In this document: positions 23,301 through 38,300 of the stretch, in pieces
Layout: every line of letters starts with the position of its first letter
Numbering within the stretch: position 1 is the stretch's first letter
The notes under the pieces: generated by a model
The model's input: the letters and a program-made list of their open reading frames with translations, nothing else
What the model was told of the DNA's origin: nothing
Database searches by the model: none
NCBI GenBank assembly: GCA_964016885.1
Contig: OZ024743.1
Span: 173,724,001 to 173,788,000, forward strand
DNA: 64,000 nt
DNA from: Eledone cirrhosa
Taxonomy: Eukaryota
Direction of reading: 5' to 3'
Made by a program: the position numbers and the translations under genes

Positions 23301-26300
23301 TTACTGTGTTAACTCACACTGTATAATTGGTACACCTTACTGTGTTAACGCACACTGTATAATTGGTACACCTTACTGTGTTAACACACACTGTACAATT
23401 GGTACACCTTACTGTGTTAACACACACTGTATAATTGGTACACCTTACTGTGTTAACACACACTGTATAATTGGTACACCTTACTGTGTTAACGCACACT
23501 GTATAATTAGTACACCTTACAGTGTGAACACACACTGTATAATTGGTACACCTTACTGTGTTAACGCACACTGTATAATTGGTACACCTTACTGTGTTAA
23601 CACACACTGAATAATTGGTACACCTTACTGTGTTAACGCACACTCTATAATTAGTACACCTTACAGTGTTAACACACACTGTGTAATTGGTACACCTTAC
23701 TGGGTTAACGCACACTGTATAATTAGTACACCTTAGAGTGTTAACACACACTGTATAATTGGTACACCTTACAGTGTTAACACACACTGTATAATTAGTA
23801 CACCTTACTGTATTAACACACACTGTATAATTAGTACACCTTACAGTGTTAACACACACTGTATAATTGGTACACCTTACTGTGTTAAGGCACACTGTAT
23901 AATTGGTACACCTTACTGTGTTAACGCACACTGTATAATTGGTACACCTTACTGTGTTAACACACACTGTATAATTGGTACACCTTACTGTGTTAACGCC
24001 CACTGTATAATTGGTACACCTTACTGTGTTAACACACTGTATAATTAGTACACCTTATTGTGTTAACACACACTGTATAATTGGTACATCTTACAGTGTT
24101 AACACACACTGTATAATTGGTACACCTTACTGTGTTAACACACACTGTAAAATTAGTACACCTTACTGTGTTAACACACTATAATTGGTACACCTCACTG
24201 TGTTAACACACACTGTATAATTGGTACACCTTACAGTGTTAACGCACACTGTATAATTGGTACACCTTACTGTGTTAACACACACTGTATAATTGGTACA
24301 CCTTACTGTGTTAACACACACTGTATAATTACTACACCTTACTGTGTTAACACATACTGTATAATTGGTACATCTTACAGTGATAACGCAGACTGTATAA
24401 TTGGTACACCTTACTGTGTTAACGCACACTGTATAATTAGTACACCTTACAGTGTTAACACACACTGTATAATTGGTACACCTTACTGTGTTAACGCACA
24501 CTGTATAATTGGTACACCTTACTGTGTTAACACACACTGTATAATTGGTACACCTTACTCTGTTAACGCACACTGTATAATTGGTACACCTTACTGTGTT
24601 AACGCACACTGTATAATTGGTACACCTTACTGTGTTAACGCACACTGTATAATTGGTACACCTTACTGTGTTAACACACACTGAATAATTGGTACACCTT
24701 TCTGGGTTAACGCACACTGTATAATTGGTACACCTTACTGTGTTAACGCACACTGTATAATTGGTACACCTTACAGTGTTAACACACACTGTATAGTTGG
24801 TACACATTACTGTGTTAACGCACACTGTGTAATTAGTACACCTTACAGTGTTAACACACACTGTATAATTAGTACACCTTACTGTGTTAACACACACTGT
24901 ATAATTAGTACACCTTACAGTGTTAACACACACTGTGTAATTGGTACACCTTACTGGGTTAACGCACACTGTATAATTGGTACACCTTACTGTGTTAACA
25001 CACTGTATAATTGGTACACCTTACTGTGTTAACACACACTGTATAATTGGTACATCTTACAGTGTTAACACACACTATATAATTGGTACACCTTACTGTG
25101 TTAACACACACTGTAAAATTAGTACACCTTACTGTGTTAACACACTATAATTGGTACACCTCACTGTGTTAACACACACTGTATAATTGGTACACCTTAC
25201 AGTGTTAACGCACACTGTATAATTGGTACACCTTACTGTGTTAACACACACTGTATAATTGGTACACCTTACTGTGTTAACACACACTGTATAATTACTA
25301 CACCTTACTGTATTAACACATACTGTATAATTGGTACACCTTACTGGGTTAACGCACACTGTATAATTAGTACACCTTACAGTGTTAACACACACTGTAT
25401 AATTGGTACACATTACAGTGTTAACACACACTTTATAATTGGTACACCTTACTGGGTTAACGCACACTGTATAATTAGTACACCTTATAGTGTTAACACA
25501 CACTGTATAATTGGTACACCTTACAGTGTTAACACACACTGTATAATTGGTACGCTTTACTGTGTTAACACACACTGTATAATTAGTACACCTTACTGTG
25601 TTAACACACACTGTATAATTAGTACACCTTACAGTGTTAACACACACTGTATAATTGGTACGCCTTACTGTGTTAACTCACACTGTATAATTGGTACACC
25701 TTACTGTGTTAACGCACACTGTATAATTGGTACACCTTACTGTGTTAACACACACTGTATAATTGATACACCTTACTGTGTTAACACACACTGTATAATT
25801 GGTACACCTTACTGTATTAACACACACTGTATAATTGGTACACCTTACTGTGTTAACGCACACTGTATAATTAGTACACCTTACAGTGTGAACACACACT
25901 GTATAATTGGTACACCTTACTGTGTTAACGCACACTGTATAATTGGTACACCTTACTGTGTTAACACACACTGAATAATTGGTACACCTTACTGTGTTAA
26001 CGCACACTGTATAATTAGTACACCTTACAGTGTTAACACACACTGTGTAATTGGTACACCTTACTGGGTTAACGCACACTGTATAATTAGTACACCTTAG
26101 AGTGTTAACACACACTGTATAATTGGTACACCTTACAGTGTTAACACACACTGTATAATTAGTACACCTTACTGTATTAACACACACTGTATAATTAGTA
26201 CACCTTACAGTGTTAACACACACTGTATAATTGGTACACCTTACTGTGTTAAGGCACACTGTATAATTGGTACACCTTACTGTGTTAACGCACACTGTAT

Positions 26301-29300
26301 AATTGGTACACCTTACTGTGTTAACACACACTGTATAATTGGTACACCTTACTGTGTTAACGCCCACTGTATAATTGGTACACCTTACTGTGTTAACACA
26401 CTGTATAATTAGTACACCTTATTGTGTTAACACACACTGTATAATTGGTACATCTTACAGTGTTAACACACACTGTATAATTGGTACACCTTACTGTGTT
26501 AACACACACTGTAAAATTAGTACACCTTACTGTGTTAACACACTATAATTGGTACACCTCACTGTGTTAACACACACTGTATAATTGGTACACCTTACAG
26601 TGTTAACGCACACTGTATAATTGGTACACCTTACTGTGTTAACACACACTGTATAATTGGTACACCTTACTGTGTTAACACACACTGTATAATTACTACA
26701 CCTTACTGTGTTAACACATACTGTATAATTGGTACATCTTACAGTGATAACGCAGACTGTATAATTGGTACACCTTACTGTGTTAACACACACTGTATAA
26801 TTGGTACAGCTTACTGTGTTAACGCAGACTGTATAATTGGTACACCTTACTGTGTTAACGCACACTGTATAATTAGTACACCTTACAGTGTTAACACACA
26901 CTGTATAATTGGTACACCTTACTGTGTTAACGCACACTGTATAATTGGTACACCTTACTGTGTTAACACACACTGTATAATTGGTACACCTTACTCTGTT
27001 AACGCACACTGTATAATTGGTACACCTTACTGTGTTAACGCACACTGTATAATTGGTACACCTTACTGTGTTAACGCACACTGTATAATTGGTACACCTT
27101 ACTGTGTTAACGCACACTGTATAATTGGTACACCTTACTGTGTTAACACACACTGTATAATTGGTACACCTTACTCTGTTAACGCACACTGTATAATTGG
27201 TACACCTTACTGTGTTAACGCACACTGTATAATTGGTACACCTAACAGTGTTAACACACTGTATAATTAGTACACCTTACTGTGTTAACACACACTGTAT
27301 AATTGGTACACATTACTGTGTTAACACACACTGTATAATTGGTACACCTTACTGAGTTAACGCACACTGTATAATTAGTAAACCTTACAGTGTTAACACA
27401 CACTGTATAATTGGTACACCTTACTGTGTTAATGCACACTGTATAATTGGTACACCTTACTGTGTTAACGCACACTGTATAATTGGTACACCTTACTGTG
27501 TTAACGCACACTGTATAATTGGTACACCTTACTGTGTTAACACACACTGAATAATTGGTACACCTTTCTGGGTTAACGCACACTGTATAATTGGTACACC
27601 TTACTGTGTTAACGCACACTGTATAATTGGTACACCTTACTGTGTTAACACACACTGAATAATTGGTACACCTTACTGTGTTAACGCGCACTGTATAATT
27701 AGTACACCTTACAGTGTTAACACACACTGTGTAATTGGTACACCTTACTGGGTTAACGCACACTGTATAATTAGTACACCTTAGAGTGTTAACACACACT
27801 GTATAATTGGTACACCTTACAGTGTTAACACACACTGTATAATTAGTACACCTTACTGTATTAACACACACTGTATAATTAGTACACCTTACAGTGTTAA
27901 CACACACTGTATAATTGGTACACCTTACTGTGTTAAGGCACACTGTATAATTGGTACACCTTACTGTGTTAACGCACACTGTATAATTGGTACACCTTAC
28001 TGTGTTAACACACACTGTATAATTGGTACACCTTACTGTATTAACGCCCACTGTATAATTGGTACACCTTACTGTGTTAACACACTGTATAATTAGTACA
28101 CCTTATTGTGTTAACACACACTGTATAATTGGTACATCTTACAGTGTTAACACACACTGTATAATTGGTACACCTTACTGTGTTAACACACACTGTAAAA
28201 TTAGTACACCTTACTGTGTTAACACACTATAATTGGTACACCTCACTGTGTTAACACACACTGTATAATTGGTACACCTTACAGTGTTAACGCACACTGT
28301 ATAATTGGTACACCTTACTGTGTTAACACACACTGTATAATTGGTACACCTTACTGTGTTAACACACACTGTATAATTACTACACCTTACTGTGTTAACA
28401 CATACTGTATAATTGGTACATCTTACAGTGATAACGCAGACTGTATAATTGGTACACCTTACTGTGTTAACACACACTGTATAATTGGTACAGCTTACTG
28501 TGTTAACGCAGACTGTATAATTGGTACACCTTACTGTGTTAACGCACACTGTATAATTAGTACACCTTACAGTGTTAACACACACTGTATAATTGGTACA
28601 CCTTACTGTGTTAACGCACACTGTATAATTGGTACACCTTACTGTGTTAACACACACTGTATAATTGGTACACCTTACTCTGTTAACGCACACTGTATAA
28701 TTGGTACACCTTACTGTGTTAACGCACACTGTATAATTGGTACACCTTACTGTGTTAACGCACACTGTATAATTGGTACACCTTACTGTGTTAACGCACA
28801 CTGTATAATTGGTACACCTTACTGTGTTAACACACACTGTATAATTGGTACACCTTACTCTGTTAACGCACACTGTATAATTGGTACACCTTACTGTGTT
28901 AATGCACACTGTATAATTGGTACACCTAACAGTGTTAACACACTGTATAATTGGTACACGTTACTGTGTTAACACACACTGTATAATTGGTACACATTAC
29001 TGTGTTAACACACACTGTATAATTGGTACACCTTACTGAGTTAACGCACACTGTATAATTAGTAAACCTTACAGTGTTAACACACACTGTATAATTGGTA
29101 CACCTTACTGTGTTAATGCACACTGTATAATTGGTACACCTTACTGTGTTAACACACACTGTATAATTGGTACACCTTACAGTGTTAACACACACAGTAT
29201 AATTAGTACACCTTACTGTGTTAACACACACTGTATAATGGATACGTCTTACTGTGTTAACGCACACTGTATAATTGGTACACCTTACTGTGTTAAAACA

Positions 29301-32300
29301 CACTGTATAATTGGTACACCTTACTGTGTTAACACACACTGTATAATTGGTACACCTTACTGTGTTAACGCACACTGTATAATTGGTACACCTTACTGTG
29401 TTAACGCACACTGTATAATTAGTACACCTTACTGTGTTAACACACACTGTATAATTGGTACACCTTACTGTGTTAACACACACTGTATAATGGGTACGCC
29501 TTACTGTGTTAACACACACTGTATAATTAGTACACCTTACTGTGTTAACACACACTGTATAATTAGTACACCTTACTGTGTTAACACACACTGTATAATT
29601 AGTACACCTTACTGTGTTAACGCACACTGTATAATTAGTACACCTTACTGTGTTAACACACACTGTATAATGGGTACGCCTTACTGTGTTAACACACACT
29701 GTATAATTAGTACACCTTACAGTGTTAACGCACACTGTATAATTGGTACACCTTACTGTGTTAAGGCACACTGTATAATTGGTACACCTTACAGTGTTAA
29801 CACACACTGTATAATTGTTACACCTTACAGTGTTAACACACACTGTATAATTGGTACACCTTACTGTGTTAACACACACTGTATAATTGGTACACCTTAC
29901 AGTGTTAACGCAGACTGTATAATTAGTACACCTTACAGTGTTAACACGCACTGTATAATTAGTACACCTTACAGGGTTAACGCACACTGTAGAATTGGTA
30001 CACCTTACTGTGTTAACACACACTGTATAATTGGTACACCATACTGTGTTAACACACACTGTATAAGTAGTACACCTTACTGTGTTAACACACACTGTAT
30101 AATTGGTACAACTTACTGTGTTAACACACACTGTATAATTGGTACACCTTGCTGTGTTGACACACACTGTATAATTGGTACACCTTACTGTGTTAACACA
30201 CACTGTATAATTGGTACACCTTACAGTGTTAACACACACTTTATAATTGGTACACCTTAGAGTGTTAACACACACAGTATAATTAGTACACCTTACTGTG
30301 TTAACACACACTGTATAATGGGTACGCCTTACTGTGTTAACGCACACTGTATAATTGGTACACCTTACTGTGTTAACACACACTGTATAATGGGTACGCC
30401 TTACTGTGTTAACTCACACTGTATAATTGGTACACCTTACTGTGTTAACGCACACTGTATAATTGGTACACCTTACTGTGTTAACACACACTGTACAATT
30501 GGTACACCTTACTGTGTTAACACACACTGTATAATTGGTACACCTTACTGTGTTAACACACACTGTATAATTGGTACACCTTACTGTGTTAACGCACACG
30601 GTATAATTAGTACACCTTACAGTGTGAACACACACTGTATAATTGGTACACCTTACTGTGTTAACGCACACTGTATAATTGGTACACCTTACTGTGTTAA
30701 CACACACTGAATAATTGGTACACCTTACTGTGTTAACGCACACTCTATAATTAGTACACCTTACAGTGTTAACACACACTGTGTAATTGGTACACCTTAC
30801 TGGGTTAACGCACACTGTATAATTAGTACACCTTAGAGTGTTAACACACACTGTATAATTGGTACACCTTACAGTGTTAACACACACTGTATAATTAGTA
30901 CACCTTACTGTATTAACACACACTGTATAATTAGTACACCTTACAGTGTTAACACACACTGTATAATTGGTACACCTTACTGTGTTAAGGCACACTGTAT
31001 AATTGGTACACCTTACTGTGTTAACGCACACTGTATAATTGGTACACCTTACTGTGTTAACACACACTGTATAATTGGTACACCTTACTGTGTTAACGCC
31101 CACTGTATAATTGGTACACCTTACTGTGTTAACACACTGTATAATTAGTACACCTTATTGTGTTAACACACACTGTATAATTGGTACATCTTACAGTGTT
31201 AACACACACTGTATAATTGGTACACCTTACTGTGTTAACACACACTGTAAAATTAGTACACCTTACTGTGTTAACACACTATAATTGGTACACCTCACTG
31301 TGTTAACACACACTGTATAATTGGTACACCTTACAGTGTTAACGCACACTGTATAATTGGTACACCTTACTGTGTTAACACACACTGTATAATTGGTACA
31401 CCTTACTGTGTTAACACACACTGTATAATTACTACACCTTACTGTGTTAACACATACTGTATAATTGGTACATCTTACAGTGATAACGCAGACTGTATAA
31501 TTGGTACACCTTACTGTGTTAACGCACACTGTATAATTAGTACACCTTACAGTGTTAACACACACTGTATAATTGGTACACCTTACTGTGTTAACGCACA
31601 CTGTATAATTGGTACACCTTACTGTGTTAACACACACTGTATAATTGGTACACCTTACTCTGTTAACGCACACTGTATAATTGGTACACCTTACTGTGTT
31701 AACGCACACTGTATAATTGGTACACCTTACTGTGTTAACGCACACTGTATAATTGGTACACCTTACTGTGTTAACACACACTGAATAATTGGTACACCTT
31801 TCTGGGTTAACGCACACTGTATAATTGGTACACCTTACTGTGTTAACGCACACTGTATAATTGGTACACCTTACAGTGTTAACACACACTGTATAGTTGG
31901 TACACATTACTGTGTTAACGCACACTGTGTAATTAGTACACCTTACAGTGTTAACACACACTGTATAATTAGTACACCTTACTGTGTTAACACACACTGT
32001 ATAATTAGTACACCTTACAGTGTTAACACACACTGTGTAATTGGTACACCTTACTGGGTTAACGCACACTGTATAATTGGTACACCTTACTGTGTTAACA
32101 CACTGTATAATTGGTACACCTTACTGTGTTAACACACACTGTATAATTGGTACATCTTACAGTGTTAACACACACTATATAATTGGTACACCTTACTGTG
32201 TTAACACACACTGTAAAATTAGTACACCTTACTGTGTTAACACACTATAATTGGTACACCTCACTGTGTTAACACACACTGTATAATTGGTACACCTTAC

Positions 32301-35300
32301 AGTGTTAACGCACACTGTATAATTGGTACACCTTACTGTGTTAACACACACTGTATAATTGGTACACCTTACTGTGTTAACACACACTGTATAATTACTA
32401 CACCTTACTGTGTTAACACATACTGTATAATTGGTACACCTTACTGGGTTAACGCACACTGTATAATTAGTACACCTTACAGTGTTAACACACACTGTAT
32501 AATTGGTACACATTACAGTGTTAACACACACTGTATAATTGGTACACCTTACTGTGTTAACACACACTGTATAATTAGTACACCTTACTGTGTTAACACA
32601 CACTGTATAATTAGTACACCTAACAGTGTTAACACACTGTATAATTAGTACACCTTACTGTGTTAACACACACTGTATAATTGGTACACCTTACTGTGTT
32701 AATGCACACTGTATAATTGGTACACCTTACAGTGTTAATACACACTGTATAATTATTACACCTTACTGTGTTAACGCACACTGTATAAGTTGTACACCTT
32801 ACTGTGTTAACACACACTGTATAATTGGTACACCTTACTGTGTTAACGCACACTGTACAATTGGTACACCTTACTGTGTTAACGCACACTGTATAATTGG
32901 TACACCTTACTGTGTTAACACACACTGTATAATTGGTACACCTTACTGTGTTAACACACACTGTATAATTGGTACACCTTACTGTGTTAACGCACACTGT
33001 ATAATTAGTACACCTTACAGTGTGAACACACACTGTATAATTGGTACACCTTACTGTGTTAACACACACTGTATAATTGGTACACCTTACAGTGTTAACA
33101 CACACTGTATAATTGGTACACCTTACTGTGTTAACGCACACTGTATAATTAGTACACCTTACTGTGTTAACGCATACTGTATAATTGGTACACCTTACAG
33201 TGTTAACACACACTGTATAGTTGGTACACATTACTGTGTTAACGCACACTGTATAATTAGTACACCTTACAGTGTTAACACACACTGTATAATTGGTACG
33301 CCTTACTGGGTTAACGCACACTGTATAATTAGTACACCTTACAGTGTTAACACACACTGTATAATTGGTACGCCTTACTGTGTTAACACACACTGTATAA
33401 TTGGTACACCTTCTGGGTTAACGCACACTATAATTAGTACACCTTACAGTGTTAACACACACTGTGTAATTGGTACAACTTACTGGGTTAACGCACACTG
33501 TATAATTAGTACACCTTACAGTGTTAACACACACTGTATAATTGGTACACCTTACAGTGTTAACACACTGTATAATTAGTACACCTTACTGTGTTAACAC
33601 ACACTGTATAATTAGTACACCTTACAGTATTAACACACACTGTATAATTGGTACACCTTACTGTGTTAACGCACACTGTATAATTAGTACACCTTACAGT
33701 GTGAACACACACTGTATAATTGGTACACCTTACTGTGTTAACGTACACTGTATAATTGGTACACCTTACTGTGTTAACACACACTGAATAATTGGTACAC
33801 CTTACTGTGTTAACGCACACTGTATAATTAGTACACCTTACAGTGTTAACACACACTGTATAATTGGTACACCTTACTGGGTTAACGCACACTGTATAAT
33901 TAGTACACCTTATAGTGTTAACACACACTGTATAATTGGTACACCTTACAGTGTTAACACACACTGTATAATTGGTACGCTTTACTGTGTTAACACACAC
34001 TGTATAATTAGTACACCTTACTGTGTTAACACACACTGTATAATTAGTACACCTTACAGTGTTAACACACACTGTATAATTGGTACACCTTACTGGGTTA
34101 ACGCACACTGTATAATTGGTACACCTTACTGTGTTAACACACACTGTATAATTGGTACACCTTACTGTGTTAACACACACTGTATAATTAGTACACCTTA
34201 CTGTGTTAACACACACTGTATAATTAGTACACCTTACAGTGTTAACACACACTGTGTAATTGGTACACCTTCTGGGTTAACGCACACTGTATAATTAGTA
34301 CACCTTACAGTGTTAACACACACTGTATAATTGGTACACCTTACAGTGTTAACACACACTGTATAATTAGTACACCTTACTGTATTAACACACACTGTAT
34401 AATTAGTACACCTTACAGTGTCAACACACACTGTATAATTGGTACACCTTACTGTGTTAAGGCACATTGTATAATTGGTACTCCTTACTGTGTTAACGCA
34501 CACTGTATAATTGGTACACCTTACTGTGTTAACACACACTGTATAATTGGTACACCTTACTGTGTTAACGCCCACTGTATAATTGGTACACCTTACTGTG
34601 TTAACACACTGTATAATTGGTACACCTTATTGTGTTAACACACACTGTATAATTGGTACATCTTACAGTGTTAACACACACTGTATAATTGGTACACCTT
34701 ACTGTGTTAACACACACTGTAAAATTAGTACACCTTACTGTGTTAACACACTATAATTGGTACACCTCACTGTGTTAACACACACTGTATAATTGGTACA
34801 CCTTACAGTGTTAACGCACACTGTATAATTGGTACACCTTACTGTGTTAACACACACTGTATAATTGGTACACCTTACTGTGTTAACACACACTGTATAA
34901 TTACTACACTTTACTGTGTTAACACATACTGTATAATTGGTACATCTTACAGTGTTAACGCAGACTGTATAATTGGTACTCCTTACTGTGTTAACACACA
35001 CTGTATAATTGGTACAGCTTACTGTGTTAACGCAGACTGTATAATTGGTACACCTTACTGTGTTAACGCACACTGTATAATTAGTACACCTTACAGTGTT
35101 AACACACACTGTATAATTGGTACACCTTACTGTGTTAACGCACACTGTATAATTGGTACACCTTACTGTGTTAACGCACACTGTATAATTGGTACACCTT
35201 ACTGTGTTAACACACACTGAATAATTGGTACACCTTTCTGGGTTAACGCACACTGTATAATTGGTACACCTTACTGTGTTAACGCACACTGTATAATTGG

Positions 35301-38300
35301 TACACCTTACTGTGTTAACACACACTGTATAATTAGTACACCTTACTGTGTTAACACACACTGTATAATTAGTACACCTAACAGTGTTAACACACTGTAT
35401 AATTAGTACACCTTACTGTGTTAACACACACTGTATAATTGGTACACCTTACTGTGTTAATGCACACTGTATAATTGGTACACCTTACAGTGTTAATACA
35501 CACTGTATAATTATTACACCTTACTGTGTTAACGCACACTGTATAAGTTGTACACCTTACAGTGTTAACGCACACTGTATAATTAGTACACCTTACTGTG
35601 TTAACACACACTGTATAATTGGTACACCTTACTGTGTTAACACACACTGTATAATTGGTACACCCTACTGTGTTAACGCACACTGTATAATTGGTACACC
35701 TTACTGTGTTAACACACACTGTATAATGGGTACGCCTTACTGTGTTAACTCACACTGTATAATTGGTACACCTTACTGTGTTAACGCACACTGTATAATT
35801 GGTACACCTTACTGTGTTAACGCACACTGTATAATTGGTACACCTTACTGTGTTAACACACACTGTATAATTGGTACACCTTACTGTGTTAACACACACT
35901 GTATAATTGGTACACCTTACTGTGTTAACGCACACTGTATAATTAGTACACCTTACAGTGTGAACACACACTGTATAATTGGTACACCTTACTGTGTTAA
36001 TACACACTGTATAATTGGTACACCTTACTGTGTTAACATACACTGAATAATTGGTACACCTTACTGTGTTAACGCACACTGTATAATTAGTACACCTTAC
36101 AGTGTTAACACACACTGTATAATTGGTACACCTTACTGTGTTAACGCACACTGTATAATTAGTACACCTTACAGTGTTAACACACACTGTATAATTGGTA
36201 CACCTTACTGTGTTAACGCACACTGTATAATTGGTACACCTTACTGTGTTAACGCACACTGTATAATTGGTACACCTTACTGTGTTAACACACACTGAAT
36301 AATTGGTACACCTTTCTGGGTTAACGCACACTGTATAATTGGTACACCTTACTGTGTTAACGCATACTGTATAATTGGTACACCTTACAGTGTTAACACA
36401 CACTGTATAGTTGGTACACATTACTGTGTTAACGCACACTGTATAATTAGTACACCTTACAGTGTTAACACACACTGTATAATTGGTACGCCTTACTGGG
36501 TTAACGCACACTGTATAATTAGTACACCTTACAGTGTTAACACACACTGTATAATTGGTACGCCTTACTGTGTTAACACACACTGTATAATTGGTACACC
36601 TTACTGGGTTAACGCACACTGTATAATTAGTACACCTTACAGTGTTAACACACACTGTGTAATTGGTACACCTTACTGGGTTAACGCACACTGTATAATT
36701 AGTACACCTTACAGTGTTAACACACACTGTATAATTGGTACACCTTACAGTGTTAACACACTGTATAATTAGTACACCTTACTGTGTTAACACACACTGT
36801 ATAATTAGTACACCTTACAGTATTAACACACACTGTATAATTGGTACACCTTACTGTGTTAACGCACACTGTATAATTAGTACACCTTACAGTGTGAACA
36901 CACACTGTATAATTGGTACACCTTACTGTGTTAACGTACACTGTATAATTGGTACACCTTACTGTGTTAACACACACTGAATAATTGGTACACCTTACTG
37001 TGTTAACGCACACTGTATAATTAGTACACCTTACAGTGTTAACACACACTGTATAATTGGTACACCTTACTGGGTTAACGCACACTGTATAATTAGTACA
37101 CCTTATAGTGTTAACACACACTGTATAATTGGTACACCTTACAGTGTTAACACACACTGTATAATTGGTACGCCTTACTGTGTTAACACACACTGTATAA
37201 TTAGTACACCTTACTGTGTTAACACACACTGTATAATTAGTACACCTTACAGTGTTAACACACACTGTATAATTGGTACACCTTACTGGGTTAACGCACA
37301 CTGTATAATTAGTAAACCTTACAGTGTTAACACACACTGTATAATTGGTACACCTTACAGTGTTAACACACACTGTATAATTGATACACCTTACTGTGTT
37401 AACGCACACTGTATAATTAGTACACCTTACAGTGTTAACACACACTGTATAATTGGTACACCTTACTGTGTTAACACACACTGTATAATTGGTACACCTT
37501 ACTGTGTTAACACACACTGTATAATTAGTACACCTTACTGTGTTAACACACACTGTATAATTAGTACACCTTACAGTGTTAACACACACTGTGTAATTGG
37601 TACACCTTACTGGGTTAACGCACACTGTATAATTAGTACACCTTACAGTGTTAACACACACTGTATAATTGGTACACCTTACAGTGTTAACACACACTGT
37701 ATAATTAGTACACCTTACTGTATTAACACACACTGTATAATTAGTACACCTTACAGTGTTAACACACACTGTATAATTGGTACACCTTACTGTGTTAAGG
37801 CACACTGTATAATTGGTACTCCTTACTGTGTTAACGCACACTGTATAATTGGTACACCTTACTGTGTTAACACACACTGTATAATTGGTACACCTTACTG
37901 TGTTAACGCCCACTGTATAATTGGTACACCTTATTGTGTTAACACACACTGTATAATTGGTACATCTTACAGTGTTAACACACACTGTATAATTGGTACA
38001 CCTTACTGTGTTAACACACACTGTAAAATTAGTACACCTTACTGTGTTAACACACTATAATTGGTACACCTCACTGTGTTAACACACACTGTATAATTGG
38101 TACACCTTACAGTGTTAACGCACACTGTATAATTGGTACACCTTACTGTGTTAACACACACTGTATAATTTGTACACCTTACTGTGTTAACACACACTGT
38201 ATAATTACTACACCTTACTGTGTTAACACATACTGTATAATTGGTACATCTTACAGTGTTAACGCAGACTGTATAATTGGTACTCCTTACTGTGTTAACA

